DNA of 64,000 nt, taken from contig JBBIPC010000014.1 in NCBI GenBank assembly GCA_037443035.1, positions 32,700 to 96,699 on the forward strand, given 5' to 3'. The translations under genes were made by a program, and so were the position numbers. Below the pieces are notes generated by a model. It saw nothing but the letters and a program-made list of their open reading frames with translations, was not told where the DNA came from and did not search any database. The first letter of the stretch is position 1, and the number at the start of each line of letters is the position of its first letter. This document shows positions 1 through 9,562 of the stretch, one piece after another. The DNA comes from Chthonomonadales bacterium. Its GTDB lineage: Bacteria > Armatimonadota > Chthonomonadetes > Chthonomonadales > CAJBBX01.

Positions 1-1
1 C

Positions 2-898
2 TGGTGGGATTACACCACTCTGGACCCGGAGTTGCTCAGCGATGCGGCCAAGCTGACCGTAGAAGATGTCGAGCAACTCAGCCGCCCCGGATTCACGGTC
101 ACCATGTACGACACGCTGGAGGAGTTCTACTTGGCGGAGGCATTGGAGTACATCCACGCCTGGCGGCAAGCGACCCCCGACAACCCCGCCGGCATCTGTG
201 GGCCCATTGGACCCACGGAGCAACTCCCGCTGGTGGCCCAGATCGTCAACGCCCTGGATCTGAAGCTCCATGACGCTCACTTCTGGGGCATGGACGAGTG
301 GTACATGCATGGCAAGGAGGTCCCAACGGATCATCCCCTCTCGTTCGAGCGTGCCGACCGCGAGTTGTGCTTCAGCCGTATCCGTCCAGAACTCGTCATG
401 CCGGACTCTAACTTGCACTTCCCGAAAGCAGACCCCACCGAATACGAGCGGTCGTGGGGAGGTGTCCGGTGTGTCATCATGCAGGGCGGGCAGGGAGAGG
501 TCAAGCACTGGGCCTTCAACGATCCGCCACGGAGGCAAGGTCCATACCGCGACGCACCGCCGACACCGGACGAGTACAGAAAGCTGGGCACACGCGTTGT
601 GGAGCTGCATCCACTGACGCTAATCCAGAACGCACGGACCTCGGGCGGCGGCCAACTTGCACTCGTGCCAACGCACGCTATCTCCGTGGGACCGAAGCAG
701 ACATGGATGGCGGAGTGCGTGTCCATCTGGCATGCCGGCAACCATGACAACCCGTTCGGACAGCGCCTGACTGCCCTGATGATCTCCAAGCGTATCGCCG
801 ATGCCTCTGTGCCCATGTCCCTCCTGGCCGATCACCCCAACGTGCGATTCAACTACTATCGTTTCGGCCTGGGAACATGCGAAACGGAGATGCACTGA
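2..898 (+). CDS. Glucosamine-6-phosphate isomerase/deaminase (NagB-like) family protein, 5' end outside window
   Basis: Frame is open from position 2 ([12 protein letters not shown]...); motifs [37 protein letters not shown]. Confidence 0.75.
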   Translation, partial: WWDYTTLDPELLSDAAKLTVEDVEQLSRPGFTVTMYDTLEEFYLAEALEYIHAWRQATPDNPAGICGPIGPTEQLPLVAQIVNALDLKLHDAHFWGMDEWYMHGKEVPTDHPLSFERADRELCFSRIRPELVMPDSNLHFPKADPTEYERSWGGVRCVIMQGGQGEVKHWAFNDPPRRQGPYRDAPPTPDEYRKLGTRVVELHPLTLIQNARTSGGGQLALVPTHAISVGPKQTWMAECVSIWHAGNHDNPFGQRLTALMISKRIADASVPMSLLADHPNVRFNYYRFGLGTCETEMH

Positions 899-956
899 GA
901 GGGATGCCGCGCCACAGGGCTGGAAGCCCACGGAAGGGCGGGAGGTCGCTGGCTGC

Positions 957-1715
957 ATGAGTGGAGAGGAAAGACCACTGCGCGGACAGGTAGCGCTCGT
1001 GACGGGAGGAGCCAGACGTCTCGGTAGGGCCGTCGCAGAGGCTCTGGCTCAAGAAGGTGTCCATGTGGTCGTCCATTACAAGACGTCCGGTGACGAGGCG
1101 CGTGAGGCAGTAGCGCGCCTGCGGGATCGCGGCGTAGAAGCATGGGCCGTTCGGGGGCACCTCGAGGACCCAGAAGAGGCGGCCGGACTGTTGCCACGCG
1201 CGGTGGAGCTTTGCGGCAGACCCGTGGACATCCTCATCAACTCCGCAAGCATCTTCGAAACGAGCCGGGTCCTGGAGTTCGAACCTGAGGAGCTGGAAAG
1301 GAACGTGCGGGTCAATGCACTGGCGCCGCTATTGCTGGCCCGCTCGTTAGCGGCACAACAGCGGCCGGGTCAGATCATCAACTTTCTGGACACGCGGGTG
1401 GTCGAGTACGACCGGCTTCACGCGGCCTACCACCTGAGCAAACGCATGTTGTTCTCGTTGACGCGCATGCTGGCGTTGGAGCTGGCGCCAGCCATCCGGG
1501 TGAATGCCGTGGCGCCTGGTCTCATCTTGCCGCCTCCAGACCGCGACGAAGCATATCTCGATGCGCTCGCTCGCAGTCTGCCTCTGCGCCGGCATGGCGT
1601 AACCGCGGACGTCGTTCGCGCAGTGCTGTTCCTGCTGCACAGTGACTTCGTCACTGGGCAGATCCTCTATCTCGATGGCGGCCAGCACCTCATGGGGAGC
1701 ATGTATGGAGCCTAG
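957..1715 (+). CDS. Pteridine reductase / FolM-like short-chain dehydrogenase
   Basis: VTGGARRLG Rossmann motif, LINSAS, YHLSK catalytic motif, RVNAVAPG; adjacent to folB. Confidence 0.85.
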   Translation: MSGEERPLRGQVALVTGGARRLGRAVAEALAQEGVHVVVHYKTSGDEAREAVARLRDRGVEAWAVRGHLEDPEEAAGLLPRAVELCGRPVDILINSASIFETSRVLEFEPEELERNVRVNALAPLLLARSLAAQQRPGQIINFLDTRVVEYDRLHAAYHLSKRMLFSLTRMLALELAPAIRVNAVAPGLILPPPDRDEAYLDALARSLPLRRHGVTADVVRAVLFLLHSDFVTGQILYLDGGQHLMGSMYGA

Positions 1716-2076
1716 GCATCTGGACCGCATTCACATCGGCGACCTCCTTGTGCGTTCCATCATCGGCATTCGTGACTGGGAGCGATCCGAGCGGCAGAAT
1801 GTCATCCTGAATATCACCCTTCATGCCGACTTGAGCCTGCCATGCCACACCGACGACATCCGGGACACGGTGGACTATGTCACGATCAAGAAGCGCATAG
1901 TGGAGCGCGTGGAGGACGGCTCCTTCTACCTGTTAGAGAGGCTTGCGGAAGTGGTGGCAGAAGCCTGTCTGGAGGATCCACGTGTCGAGCGCGTGGACGT
2001 GCGCGCCGACAAGCCGGGTGCGCTACGCTTCGCTCGGACGGTGGCGGTGGAGATCACGCGTCACCGACAGCAGTAG
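1705..2076 (+). CDS. folB: Dihydroneopterin aldolase
   Basis: DRIHIGDL..IIGIRDWER..RQ, TVDY, LLERLAE, KPGALRFA. Confidence 0.93.
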   Translation: MEPRHLDRIHIGDLLVRSIIGIRDWERSERQNVILNITLHADLSLPCHTDDIRDTVDYVTIKKRIVERVEDGSFYLLERLAEVVAEACLEDPRVERVDVRADKPGALRFARTVAVEITRHRQQ

Positions 2077-2112
2077 GCCGGCCGCCGTCACCTTGACGAA
2101 GGCGTCTGCGCT

Positions 2113-2958
2113 TCAGTAGGATCCCTGTGCCATAGCTTGCAGGCGGGCGATCCGGTCCGACGTATGAGGATGCGTCCGGAAGAGACCGGCAATGCTCTTG
2201 AGAAGATCTCCGCCCATGGGGTTCACGATGTACATCTGACTTGCTGCCGGGTTCACTTCCATGGGCATGCGCTCTGCTGCGTATTCGATCTTCTGCAATG
2301 CCGACGCCAGTGCCAGGGGCTTGCCGGTGATCCGGGCGGATCCTTCGTCGGCGCCATACTCTCGAGATCTGGAGATGGCTAGCTGGATGAGCATGGCCGC
2401 AAGCGGCGCCACGATGAAGACAAGAAGAAGCCCCAGCGGGCTTGGGCCTTCGTCGCGGTCGTTACCGCGGCTGAACCACGCCAGATACTGCAGCATGGAT
2501 ATCGCACCAGCGATCGTGGCGGCGATGCTACTGATGAGAATGTCGCGATTCTTGACGTGAGCGATCTCATGGGCGATGACACCCTCGATCTCGTCTTCGT
2601 CGAGCATCTCCAGGAGACCCTGCGTTACTGCCACCGCAGCATTGCCGGGCCCACGCCCAGTGGCAAACGCGTTCGGCTGCTGCACCGGGATGATATGCAC
2701 GCTGGGCTTGGGAATGCCCGCGTTCCGAGCACAGCGGGCCACGATCGCATGGAGCTGGGGGAACTCCCTTTCGCTTACGGCCTGTGCACCGCTGGACATA
2801 AGCGCGATCTTATCGCTGAACCAATACGCCACCATGTTGGTCGCCAGTGCAAACAGGAAACCAAGGATCATGCCACTTTCGCCGCCGATAGCTTGACCGG
2901 CTAGCATGAACAGGCCGAAGAGCGCAGCCATAAGCACGGTTGTCTTCAGTGAGTTCAT
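2113..2958 (-). CDS. htpX: Zinc metalloprotease HtpX (M48)
   Basis: PNAFATGR, HEIAH, ISRSREYGAD, THP..DRI; SD-preceded ATG at 2958. Confidence 0.95.
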   Translation of the reverse strand: MNSLKTTVLMAALFGLFMLAGQAIGGESGMILGFLFALATNMVAYWFSDKIALMSSGAQAVSEREFPQLHAIVARCARNAGIPKPSVHIIPVQQPNAFATGRGPGNAAVAVTQGLLEMLDEDEIEGVIAHEIAHVKNRDILISSIAATIAGAISMLQYLAWFSRGNDRDEGPSPLGLLLVFIVAPLAAMLIQLAISRSREYGADEGSARITGKPLALASALQKIEYAAERMPMEVNPAASQMYIVNPMGGDLLKSIAGLFRTHPHTSDRIARLQAMAQGSY

Positions 2959-3152
2959 CGTCGCCCCTCCGTTCGCAGGTTTGCAGTCTACACTACCATT
3001 ACGTTCCTGCAGAAGAGGAAGTGTCACCGTCTGGCGCGTGTCGGCCGGCCCAGAACGTGGCGGGGTAAGCTGAGTCCATAACTCCCTGTGCGCTGGTCGC
3101 ACGGGGGGCTGCGCTTTGTCGTTGCGCACTGCATATGGGAGGTGGTTCCGTC

Positions 3153-4562
3153 ATGAGTGCCTGGCTGTCCCTATCGGTCTTCGCGTTTGCTGTGACTGTT
3201 CTCGCGTCCATACCGGCCGCAAGCGAGCCTCTGAAGCTTCATCCCATGAATCCCCATTACTTCCTGTTTCGTGGCAAGCCCACTGTGGTGATCGGATCGG
3301 GCGAGCACTACGGCGCAGTCCTCAATCTCGACTTCGATTACGTCCGCTACCTCGAGGAGCTGGCACGGAATCGGCTGAACCACACGCGCACCTTCAGCGG
3401 CGTCTACTGCGAACCGTATGGTGCGTTCAACATCGCCAGGAACACACTCGCACCTGCTCCTGGGAGATACTGTGCACCGTGGGCTCGCTCAGACAAGCCC
3501 GGCTACGCGAACGGAGGCAATCTTTTCGACCTGAGCCGTTGGGACGCGGCCTACTTCGCACGCCTCCACGACTTCCTCTCCCGAGCATCGCGGAAGGGCG
3601 TGATTGTGGAGCTGAACCTCTTCTGTCCCTTCTATGAGGAGGCCATGTGGAGGCTCAGCCCTATGAACGCCATCAACAACATCAACAACGTAGGGAAGGT
3701 GGGACGAACGGATGTCTATACGTTGGACAGGAACGGAGGACTGCTAGCGGTGCAGGAGGCGTTCGTGCGCAAGGTCGTGACAGAGGTGAACGGCTACGAC
3801 AACGTCTATTTCGAGATCTGCAACGAGCCGTACTTTGGCGGTGTCACGATGGAATGGCAGCGACACATAGCCGACGTGATCGCCGAGACTGAAAGGGCGA
3901 TGCCGAACCGCCACCTCGTTTCCATGAACATCGCCAACGGCTCAGCAAGAGTAGATGAGCCGCATCCAGCGGTCTCCATCCTGAACTTCCACTATGCTTC
4001 TCCTCCCGACGCCGTCACGACGAACTACCACCTCAACCTTGCCATTGGCGACAACGAGACGGGATTCAAGGGAACGGGTGATACCCACTACAGGATGGAA
4101 GCCTGGGAGTTCTTCCTCGCAGGTGGGGCTCTGTTCAGTCACCTGGACTACTCGTTCGCTGCCGGGCACGAAGACGGCACGTTCCAGTACCCGCCGACCC
4201 AGCCCGGAGGGGGGAACGCAGCCTTCCGGCGCCAGATGCGAGTACTGAGGGACTTCATCGAGAGCTTCGACTTCGTGCGGATGCGGCCGGAAACGGGTCT
4301 TGTGAAGCGGCTGCCCCAAGGATGGCATGCTCGTGCTCTAGCAGAAGCCGGCCGACAGTACGCCGTGTACTTCTTCGGCAAAGGCAATGGCGAAGTCGCC
4401 CTGGACTTGCCCAAGGGACGCTACCGGGTCCGGTGGGTAAGCACTACGGATGGTACGGTGGTGAGTTCACGGACAGTTGGCCACGAAGGCGGCGTCTGTG
4501 CCTTCCAGGTCCCTAAGCATGCGGAGGACGTGGCACTTAGCGTGAAGGCCGTTTCTCGCTGA
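3153..4562 (+). CDS. Secreted glycoside hydrolase (GH5/clan-A-like) with C-terminal beta domain
   Basis: Signal peptide; NPHYFLFRGKP; FEICNEP acid/base motif; DNETGF. Confidence 0.7.
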   Translation: MSAWLSLSVFAFAVTVLASIPAASEPLKLHPMNPHYFLFRGKPTVVIGSGEHYGAVLNLDFDYVRYLEELARNRLNHTRTFSGVYCEPYGAFNIARNTLAPAPGRYCAPWARSDKPGYANGGNLFDLSRWDAAYFARLHDFLSRASRKGVIVELNLFCPFYEEAMWRLSPMNAINNINNVGKVGRTDVYTLDRNGGLLAVQEAFVRKVVTEVNGYDNVYFEICNEPYFGGVTMEWQRHIADVIAETERAMPNRHLVSMNIANGSARVDEPHPAVSILNFHYASPPDAVTTNYHLNLAIGDNETGFKGTGDTHYRMEAWEFFLAGGALFSHLDYSFAAGHEDGTFQYPPTQPGGGNAAFRRQMRVLRDFIESFDFVRMRPETGLVKRLPQGWHARALAEAGRQYAVYFFGKGNGEVALDLPKGRYRVRWVSTTDGTVVSSRTVGHEGGVCAFQVPKHAEDVALSVKAVSR

Positions 4563-4639
4563 GCTTGCCTTCTCCTGGACGCGTACGTCTCCCACGGTAA
4601 AAGGCCATACTGCCTGATTGCTGACAAGCCAACATGAAG

Positions 4640-4671
4640 AGGGCCCGGCCTCCGCTCAAGTACCGGGCCCT
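4640..4671 (-). terminator. Probable intrinsic terminator hairpin
   Basis: AGGGCCCGG...CCGGGCCCT 9-bp stem between convergent genes, followed by TCTTCATGTT on the minus strand. Confidence 0.55.
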
Positions 4672-4684
4672 GCGTCCACCTCGC

Positions 4685-4933
4685 CTACTTGCCAGGGTTG
4701 TACTGAGCCTGCCCTCCAGGCGGCGCGCCGGGTAGCATGGGCGCTCCGCCTTGGATCTGCGGACCAGTGCCAGCCTGTCCAGCGGGTAGCTGGCCCGGTT
4801 GAAGAGGCGTGCCCGTCATGATGGGCGGCGGCGGCTTGAACCGCCCGCTGCCGGTGCTCTTGAAGAGGAAGTAACCCGCGATTAGCACCACCAGCACGAT
4901 AATGGCGATCGCGACCGGCGGCTTGATCTCCAC
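4685..4933 (-). CDS. Small single-TM protein with Pro/Gly/Gln-rich tail
   Basis: Hydrophobic VAIAIIVLVVLIAGYFLF followed by low-complexity PGQ/PGA tail; SD upstream. Confidence 0.75.
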   Translation of the reverse strand: MEIKPPVAIAIIVLVVLIAGYFLFKSTGSGRFKPPPPIMTGTPLQPGQLPAGQAGTGPQIQGGAPMLPGAPPGGQAQYNPGK

Positions 4934-4955
4934 CTCAGACTCCTTGCTCTACGCT

Positions 4956-5705
4956 CTAGACGTCGTACGGATCGCTGGGGAAGTGCCAGTGATGACCTTG
5001 GAAGAACCAGTTCAGGTCGTAGTACTGAACGCCCAGCGGCGTCACGAATGGCACGTTGATGTACTTGACGTGCCCATCGTAGAACGCGGCGTTGGAGGCC
5101 TTTGTGCCCGTGTTGGTTCCGTTCCAAGCGTACGGATCGGCGCCGCCGTGATGCCACATCTCCTCGATGAAGACAGCTAGCTGCGCCGGCCGCATGACGA
5201 CGGACATACGGACCACGCCAAAGCCCGATGCGACATAGGCATCATGGGCATGGCGCATGTAGTAGGAGCCTCGCTCGTTGCCGCTGATCCAGCGGTCCAC
5301 CAGGTTGTCACTGGGACATCGGAACAACTGCGCGTTCTTGACGTAGGGGTTCAGGCGCAGAGGATAGCCCGCCAGCACCTTCGTGGTCGTACCCGTACCG
5401 GGATAGTAAAGTCGGATGCCCCAGCAGGTGATGTGAAGCGCGCCCTGGTAGGGAGTCGCCGGATGCGTGCATCCACCCCCGTCCAGCGCATCGGTCGTGA
5501 TCTGCGAGTCGGGATACGCCTCGTCATAGTCGCTAGCGTACATCTGCAAGGCAAGCCCGATCTGCTTGAGGTTGCTCAGACAAGAAGTCTTCCTTGCTTG
5601 CTCCCTAGCTCGAGCAAAGACTGGGAACAGGATCGCCGCCAGGATGGCAATGATGGCGATCACCACTAGCAGCTCGATCAGCGTGAAGCCCGTCCGACGT
5701 CTCAT
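4956..5705 (-). CDS. Prepilin-type N-terminal cleavage/methylation protein, DUF1559 / H-X9-DG family
   Basis: [42 protein letters not shown]-terminal [10 protein letters not shown]. Confidence 0.95.
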   Translation of the reverse strand: MRRRTGFTLIELLVVIAIIAILAAILFPVFARAREQARKTSCLSNLKQIGLALQMYASDYDEAYPDSQITTDALDGGGCTHPATPYQGALHITCWGIRLYYPGTGTTTKVLAGYPLRLNPYVKNAQLFRCPSDNLVDRWISGNERGSYYMRHAHDAYVASGFGVVRMSVVMRPAQLAVFIEEMWHHGGADPYAWNGTNTGTKASNAAFYDGHVKYINVPFVTPLGVQYYDLNWFFQGHHWHFPSDPYDV

Positions 5706-5783
5706 TCGGAATCCTCCCTTTCCGTAGTGCATAGGGTTACCGCTGCTGCACCCCCAGGAGTGCCTTCGTCCTGCGCTGTGCAC

Positions 5784-5827
5784 GAATTCAGTGAATTCAG
5801 TATAGAACACCCATGGGGCGTTGTCAA
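5784..5827 (-). promoter_or_regulatory. Sigma70 promoter TTGACA-17-TATACT with downstream palindromic operator GAATTCA-N-TGAATTC
   Basis: -35 at 5827-5822, -10 at 5804-5799, inverted repeat at 5784-5798. Confidence 0.75.
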
Positions 5828-5849
5828 GATGAAAGTGCGAAAACGGCAC

Positions 5850-6335
5850 CTACCGCAGGTAGCGCCGCAGCTCTTCCTGATGGCTGAACAGAACGGCCAT
5901 GAGAGAGTACTCGTGCCAGGTGAGAAACGCCTCGAGCTCCTCCCAGGTGAGCGTATCGATGAAGGTCATCTGTGTCTGGTACGCGAGGTCGCCGTCTCGG
6001 TCCACGTAGAAACCGCCCGTGTTGTACTCATTGTTCAACTGATTGACCAGCTCGATCAGGCTGCTCCTCGATATGCCCGGCTGCGATGCCCAGAACTCGT
6101 GGACGACGATCCGGTCCAGGCCACCGCTCTGCACCTTCGGGGCTAACGCGAACTTGCGCATGTGGTATTCGATCATCACCGCGCCGGGCGTCTCCCGCAA
6201 GACATCGATTTCATGGTCGCGAAGGAAGCTCGCGAGCTTCTGGACCGCGATCTCATCCACGTCCCCGGAGAGATCGAGCACCTCCCTGCCGCCTCCACCG
6301 CCTGAAGGTCCCAGCGGATCATTGTAGAACGACAT
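5850..6335 (-). CDS. YbjN-domain (T3SS-chaperone-like fold) protein
   Basis: LIELVNQLNNEY..GGFYVDRDGDL signature. Confidence 0.7.
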   Translation of the reverse strand: MSFYNDPLGPSGGGGGREVLDLSGDVDEIAVQKLASFLRDHEIDVLRETPGAVMIEYHMRKFALAPKVQSGGLDRIVVHEFWASQPGISRSSLIELVNQLNNEYNTGGFYVDRDGDLAYQTQMTFIDTLTWEELEAFLTWHEYSLMAVLFSHQEELRRYLR

Positions 6336-6466
6336 GGCGATAACCTCTTTTCTAGCTCCACATGGAGCTTGCTTTGCCGACGGCACGGGGCTTTCTCTCG
6401 CCGTGTCGTACTGGGTACGGGCTTATGGCGATCCCTACTGGTCGCATCGCCCTCAGGCATTGATGC

Positions 6467-6495
6467 AGTGTAACATGAAAAGCTGCGTTATGCAA
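6467..6495 (-). promoter_or_regulatory. Sigma70-like promoter TTGCAT-17-TACACT for the YbjN gene
   Basis: Hexamers at 6495-6490 and 6472-6467. Confidence 0.55.
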
Positions 6496-6597
6496 GGCGG
6501 GTTTTCGGCGTTCCACGGCCACACACTTCCCGCGATCATATGCCCCGACGACGCTAGGTTAGGGCGTGTTCTCTGCTACCTGCTACTTGACGGTTGT

Positions 6598-8232
6598 CTA
6601 GCCGGTCTTCGCGAGCGAGCGTGCAGCCTCCTCGAGTTGTCGAGCTGCTTCCTGGCGAAGCAGGGTCGCCTCCCGTTCGTCTGCGTCGTCTCGGCTCTCG
6701 AGGTATGTGGCAAAGGTCGCCGAGGATTGGGCAAGTAGAGCCGTGGCCTGCAAGTAGAGAGGTTGGGCTGTGCCGTAGCCGACCGGGACCTGCACTTTCG
6801 ACAGGAACGACGTCATGGCAGCAGCCCCGTCGCGACACGAGGTAGCGATGCGGTGGGCGTCCTCGCGGGAGACGGTGCCTGCCAGGAAGTCCCGCCGAAG
6901 GGCTGTCAACCGACCGATGGCATCTTGGGCCGCTCCATCGAGTACCTCTAGAATGGCTCCGTACGTCTCCGCATAAACGCCGTCCGTCCCACCACCATTT
7001 GCCTTGCGAGCTTCCTCGATCTCCACCGCCGCATCGGCAAAGCGCAACGACTGAGCGCGTAACCTTGCTATGCGGAATCGGACCACGGCATTGGAGGGAT
7101 CGGCATCGCGGGCCGCCGTATAGGCAGCCTCCGCCTCCGCCGTCATGCCCTGGGCAAGGTACGTATCTCCGAGCGCGAGGCGGTGTTGAGCGACGCCCGG
7201 TTCCAGGCGGATCGCCTGGTTGATCGCCTTGATGGCCTCTGCATGCTCCCCAGCCTCGGCGTACGCTTCTCCGAGGAGGCGATACAGCTCAGCGTTGTCA
7301 CCACAGACTGCAAGTGCTCGCGCGGCCTCGTCGCGAGCAGCCTGTGTCCATCCCCGAATCCTGAGGGCGTTGATCAGCTCGCGGCGAAGTCGAACATCCC
7401 GAGGCCTCTCCGTTACAGCTTTCCGGAGGGACACGATGAGGTTCGCCGTGTCGCCCGACTTGCGGAACCGTTCGATCAGCAGATCGGCTGTAGTTGGCCC
7501 CGCCAGCTTTGTGTCCGACTTCGCATCCGTCCGCGGCGGATTCGTACCACCCTGATCGGTGCCCCCAGGCTTTCCGGCGGTATCCGTCTGCCCAGGCGGA
7601 GGCTGCTCCATGGCTGCGGGAGGCACCGGCGGCGCCGACGCTATGCCAGGTAGGATGGCGGCGACATGGGCGTGGATGGCATCCAGCAGCTCGCTCTTGC
7701 GGTTCCTGCCTTTGTACGGCGCTAGAGTCGTGGAAAACACGTTGGTCCACCGGGATCCCGTGCGCATGAGCATGTCGGCAACGGCGCCGATGCCTTGTCG
7801 TGTTCGTGTTGCACTGACCCTGACAATGTACACCGCACCGATGGCCTCGGCGACTTTCCGCATGGCTTCTTCACCCAGGTAGGCGCTAGCGGTGCCAGGC
7901 TCCAGACGATTAGCTTTCACAGCATTCGAGATTGCGTCCGCCTTGGGGGAATACAGGACGACGTCGTAGCGGTTCAGCTCCTTGGCTGCCCGGGCGAGGA
8001 AGAAACCCATGTCCACGAAGTCCGACCGTCCCTCCAGTCCCCGAGGCTGGGAGACGATCATGAGGCGGGGAAGCGCAGTCGTCGTGGACGAAACCGACTG
8101 AGCGGCACACAGCGACTCGAGCAACAGCAGAAGGCAGCAGAACGCCGACAGCCACGCTCGCCGGCTGCCCGACCGCGGCCGTGCAGTGGTTCGGCGATGT
8201 GAACTCGTCTCTGCCTCGTTCCTCACTGACAC
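6598..8232 (-). CDS. Exported tetratricopeptide-repeat protein
   Basis: Signal-like hydrophobic stretch; LGEAY..AG/LGDTY..QG TPR units; Pro-rich linker. Confidence 0.75.
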   Translation of the reverse strand: MSVRNEAETSSHRRTTARPRSGSRRAWLSAFCCLLLLLESLCAAQSVSSTTTALPRLMIVSQPRGLEGRSDFVDMGFFLARAAKELNRYDVVLYSPKADAISNAVKANRLEPGTASAYLGEEAMRKVAEAIGAVYIVRVSATRTRQGIGAVADMLMRTGSRWTNVFSTTLAPYKGRNRKSELLDAIHAHVAAILPGIASAPPVPPAAMEQPPPGQTDTAGKPGGTDQGGTNPPRTDAKSDTKLAGPTTADLLIERFRKSGDTANLIVSLRKAVTERPRDVRLRRELINALRIRGWTQAARDEAARALAVCGDNAELYRLLGEAYAEAGEHAEAIKAINQAIRLEPGVAQHRLALGDTYLAQGMTAEAEAAYTAARDADPSNAVVRFRIARLRAQSLRFADAAVEIEEARKANGGGTDGVYAETYGAILEVLDGAAQDAIGRLTALRRDFLAGTVSREDAHRIATSCRDGAAAMTSFLSKVQVPVGYGTAQPLYLQATALLAQSSATFATYLESRDDADEREATLLRQEAARQLEEAARSLAKTG

Positions 8233-9509
8233 AACCTCAACCCGGCCTCGCAGGCCTGGATCGCCTGCTGTGCCGCCTCCTTGTCCGCGCCGCGGTCCAT
8301 GGCCTCTCGATAGCCGCGGATCGCTTCTGCGTAATGGCGCCGTGCGTTGGCCTTGTCACCTATTCTCTGATAGCAGAGTGCAGCCTTCTGATGATATCCC
8401 GGTGCACCGTCGCCAGCCCCCGCCAGGGCTCGCTCCCAAGCTTGCGCCGCTTCTTTGTAGCGGCCGGCTAGCTGGAGGTTCTGGGCGATGGCGGCATTGT
8501 TGCGCGATTCCATCTGTGCAGACGACGTGTTCGGCGGGGTATTCGGGGACGGGTTCGCGCTGGTGCCCGGCTGCGGTCCGACGACGATTTCGATTCTCCC
8601 TGGCCCCTGGGTCGGCGGATTCGCTGGTGTGTTCCCACCCCCAGGAGCGACCGGTTGGCCCGGATCGAAAAACGGGCCACCACCGGAGCCCGGCGCCGGA
8701 GGGCTCGCCTGTGCTTCCAGAGGCTCCTGCTGGGGTCGCACCGGCAGTGGGGCTAGGCCAGACGGCTGCGAGGACTGAGGCTGCCTGGACTCCTGCAGCG
8801 CCGGCTGCTGAGGTGGCGGCTGCTGCTGAACTGGAGGCGACGGCGGCGCTCCGGAGAACGACGGCTGTTGAGTGGGCGCCGGTGCCAGAACGCTGCCCGC
8901 CTGAGGAAGCGGGGTCTGGGCGACGCTGGCGGCAGCCTCACGGCGCTCCTGCGCATCCCGATAGGCAAGGACCACATAGCCGATGATGATCACCACCACT
9001 GCAGCGCCGATAGCGGCCACTGCTGCTCCAATGGGGCTGTCCCAGAACGTCGTAGGACCACCACGCACCGAGAGGATGCGGCGCTGCGCAGTCTGGGCAA
9101 TGCCCGCACGGAGTGCTTCCAGCTTCTCCTTGTCTGCCAGGCTCGATGGGTTCAGCTCGACGACGCGTTCCCTCTCCGCAATCGCCTTGTCCACTTCTCC
9201 AAGCCGCTCGTACACGGTGCTCAACAGCGCATGGCTCTCGGCACTGTCCGGCTTGAGATCCAGTGCGTCGCGACATGTATCGCGCGCGTGCTCGTACTCG
9301 CCCCTCACATAGTGGGCGAACGCGCGCGCCATCAGCTCGCTATACTGGGCCTCAGGATCCGGCACTAGTTCTGCAGGCGATGCAGGCGTGTGCGCTGCCT
9401 CGACCGGTAGCGAGTCGGATTCCTCTATAGGCGGCTCCATCTTGCGGCCGCATTGCTTGCAGAATCGGGCATCCTCCGGGTTCTTCGTACCGCACTGGAC
9501 GCAGTACAT
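8223..9509 (-). CDS. Zinc-ribbon + TPR bitopic membrane protein
   Basis: CVQCG..NPEDARFCKQCG; TPRs on both sides of one TM helix; Pro/Gln linker. Confidence 0.85.
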   Translation of the reverse strand: MYCVQCGTKNPEDARFCKQCGRKMEPPIEESDSLPVEAAHTPASPAELVPDPEAQYSELMARAFAHYVRGEYEHARDTCRDALDLKPDSAESHALLSTVYERLGEVDKAIAERERVVELNPSSLADKEKLEALRAGIAQTAQRRILSVRGGPTTFWDSPIGAAVAAIGAAVVVIIIGYVVLAYRDAQERREAAASVAQTPLPQAGSVLAPAPTQQPSFSGAPPSPPVQQQPPPQQPALQESRQPQSSQPSGLAPLPVRPQQEPLEAQASPPAPGSGGGPFFDPGQPVAPGGGNTPANPPTQGPGRIEIVVGPQPGTSANPSPNTPPNTSSAQMESRNNAAIAQNLQLAGRYKEAAQAWERALAGAGDGAPGYHQKAALCYQRIGDKANARRHYAEAIRGYREAMDRGADKEAAQQAIQACEAGLRLCQ

Positions 9510-9562
9510 GCTCTGATGACCTTCTTCGCGCGAGATGCCGGGCTAGAGGCCCTGCTCAGAGA

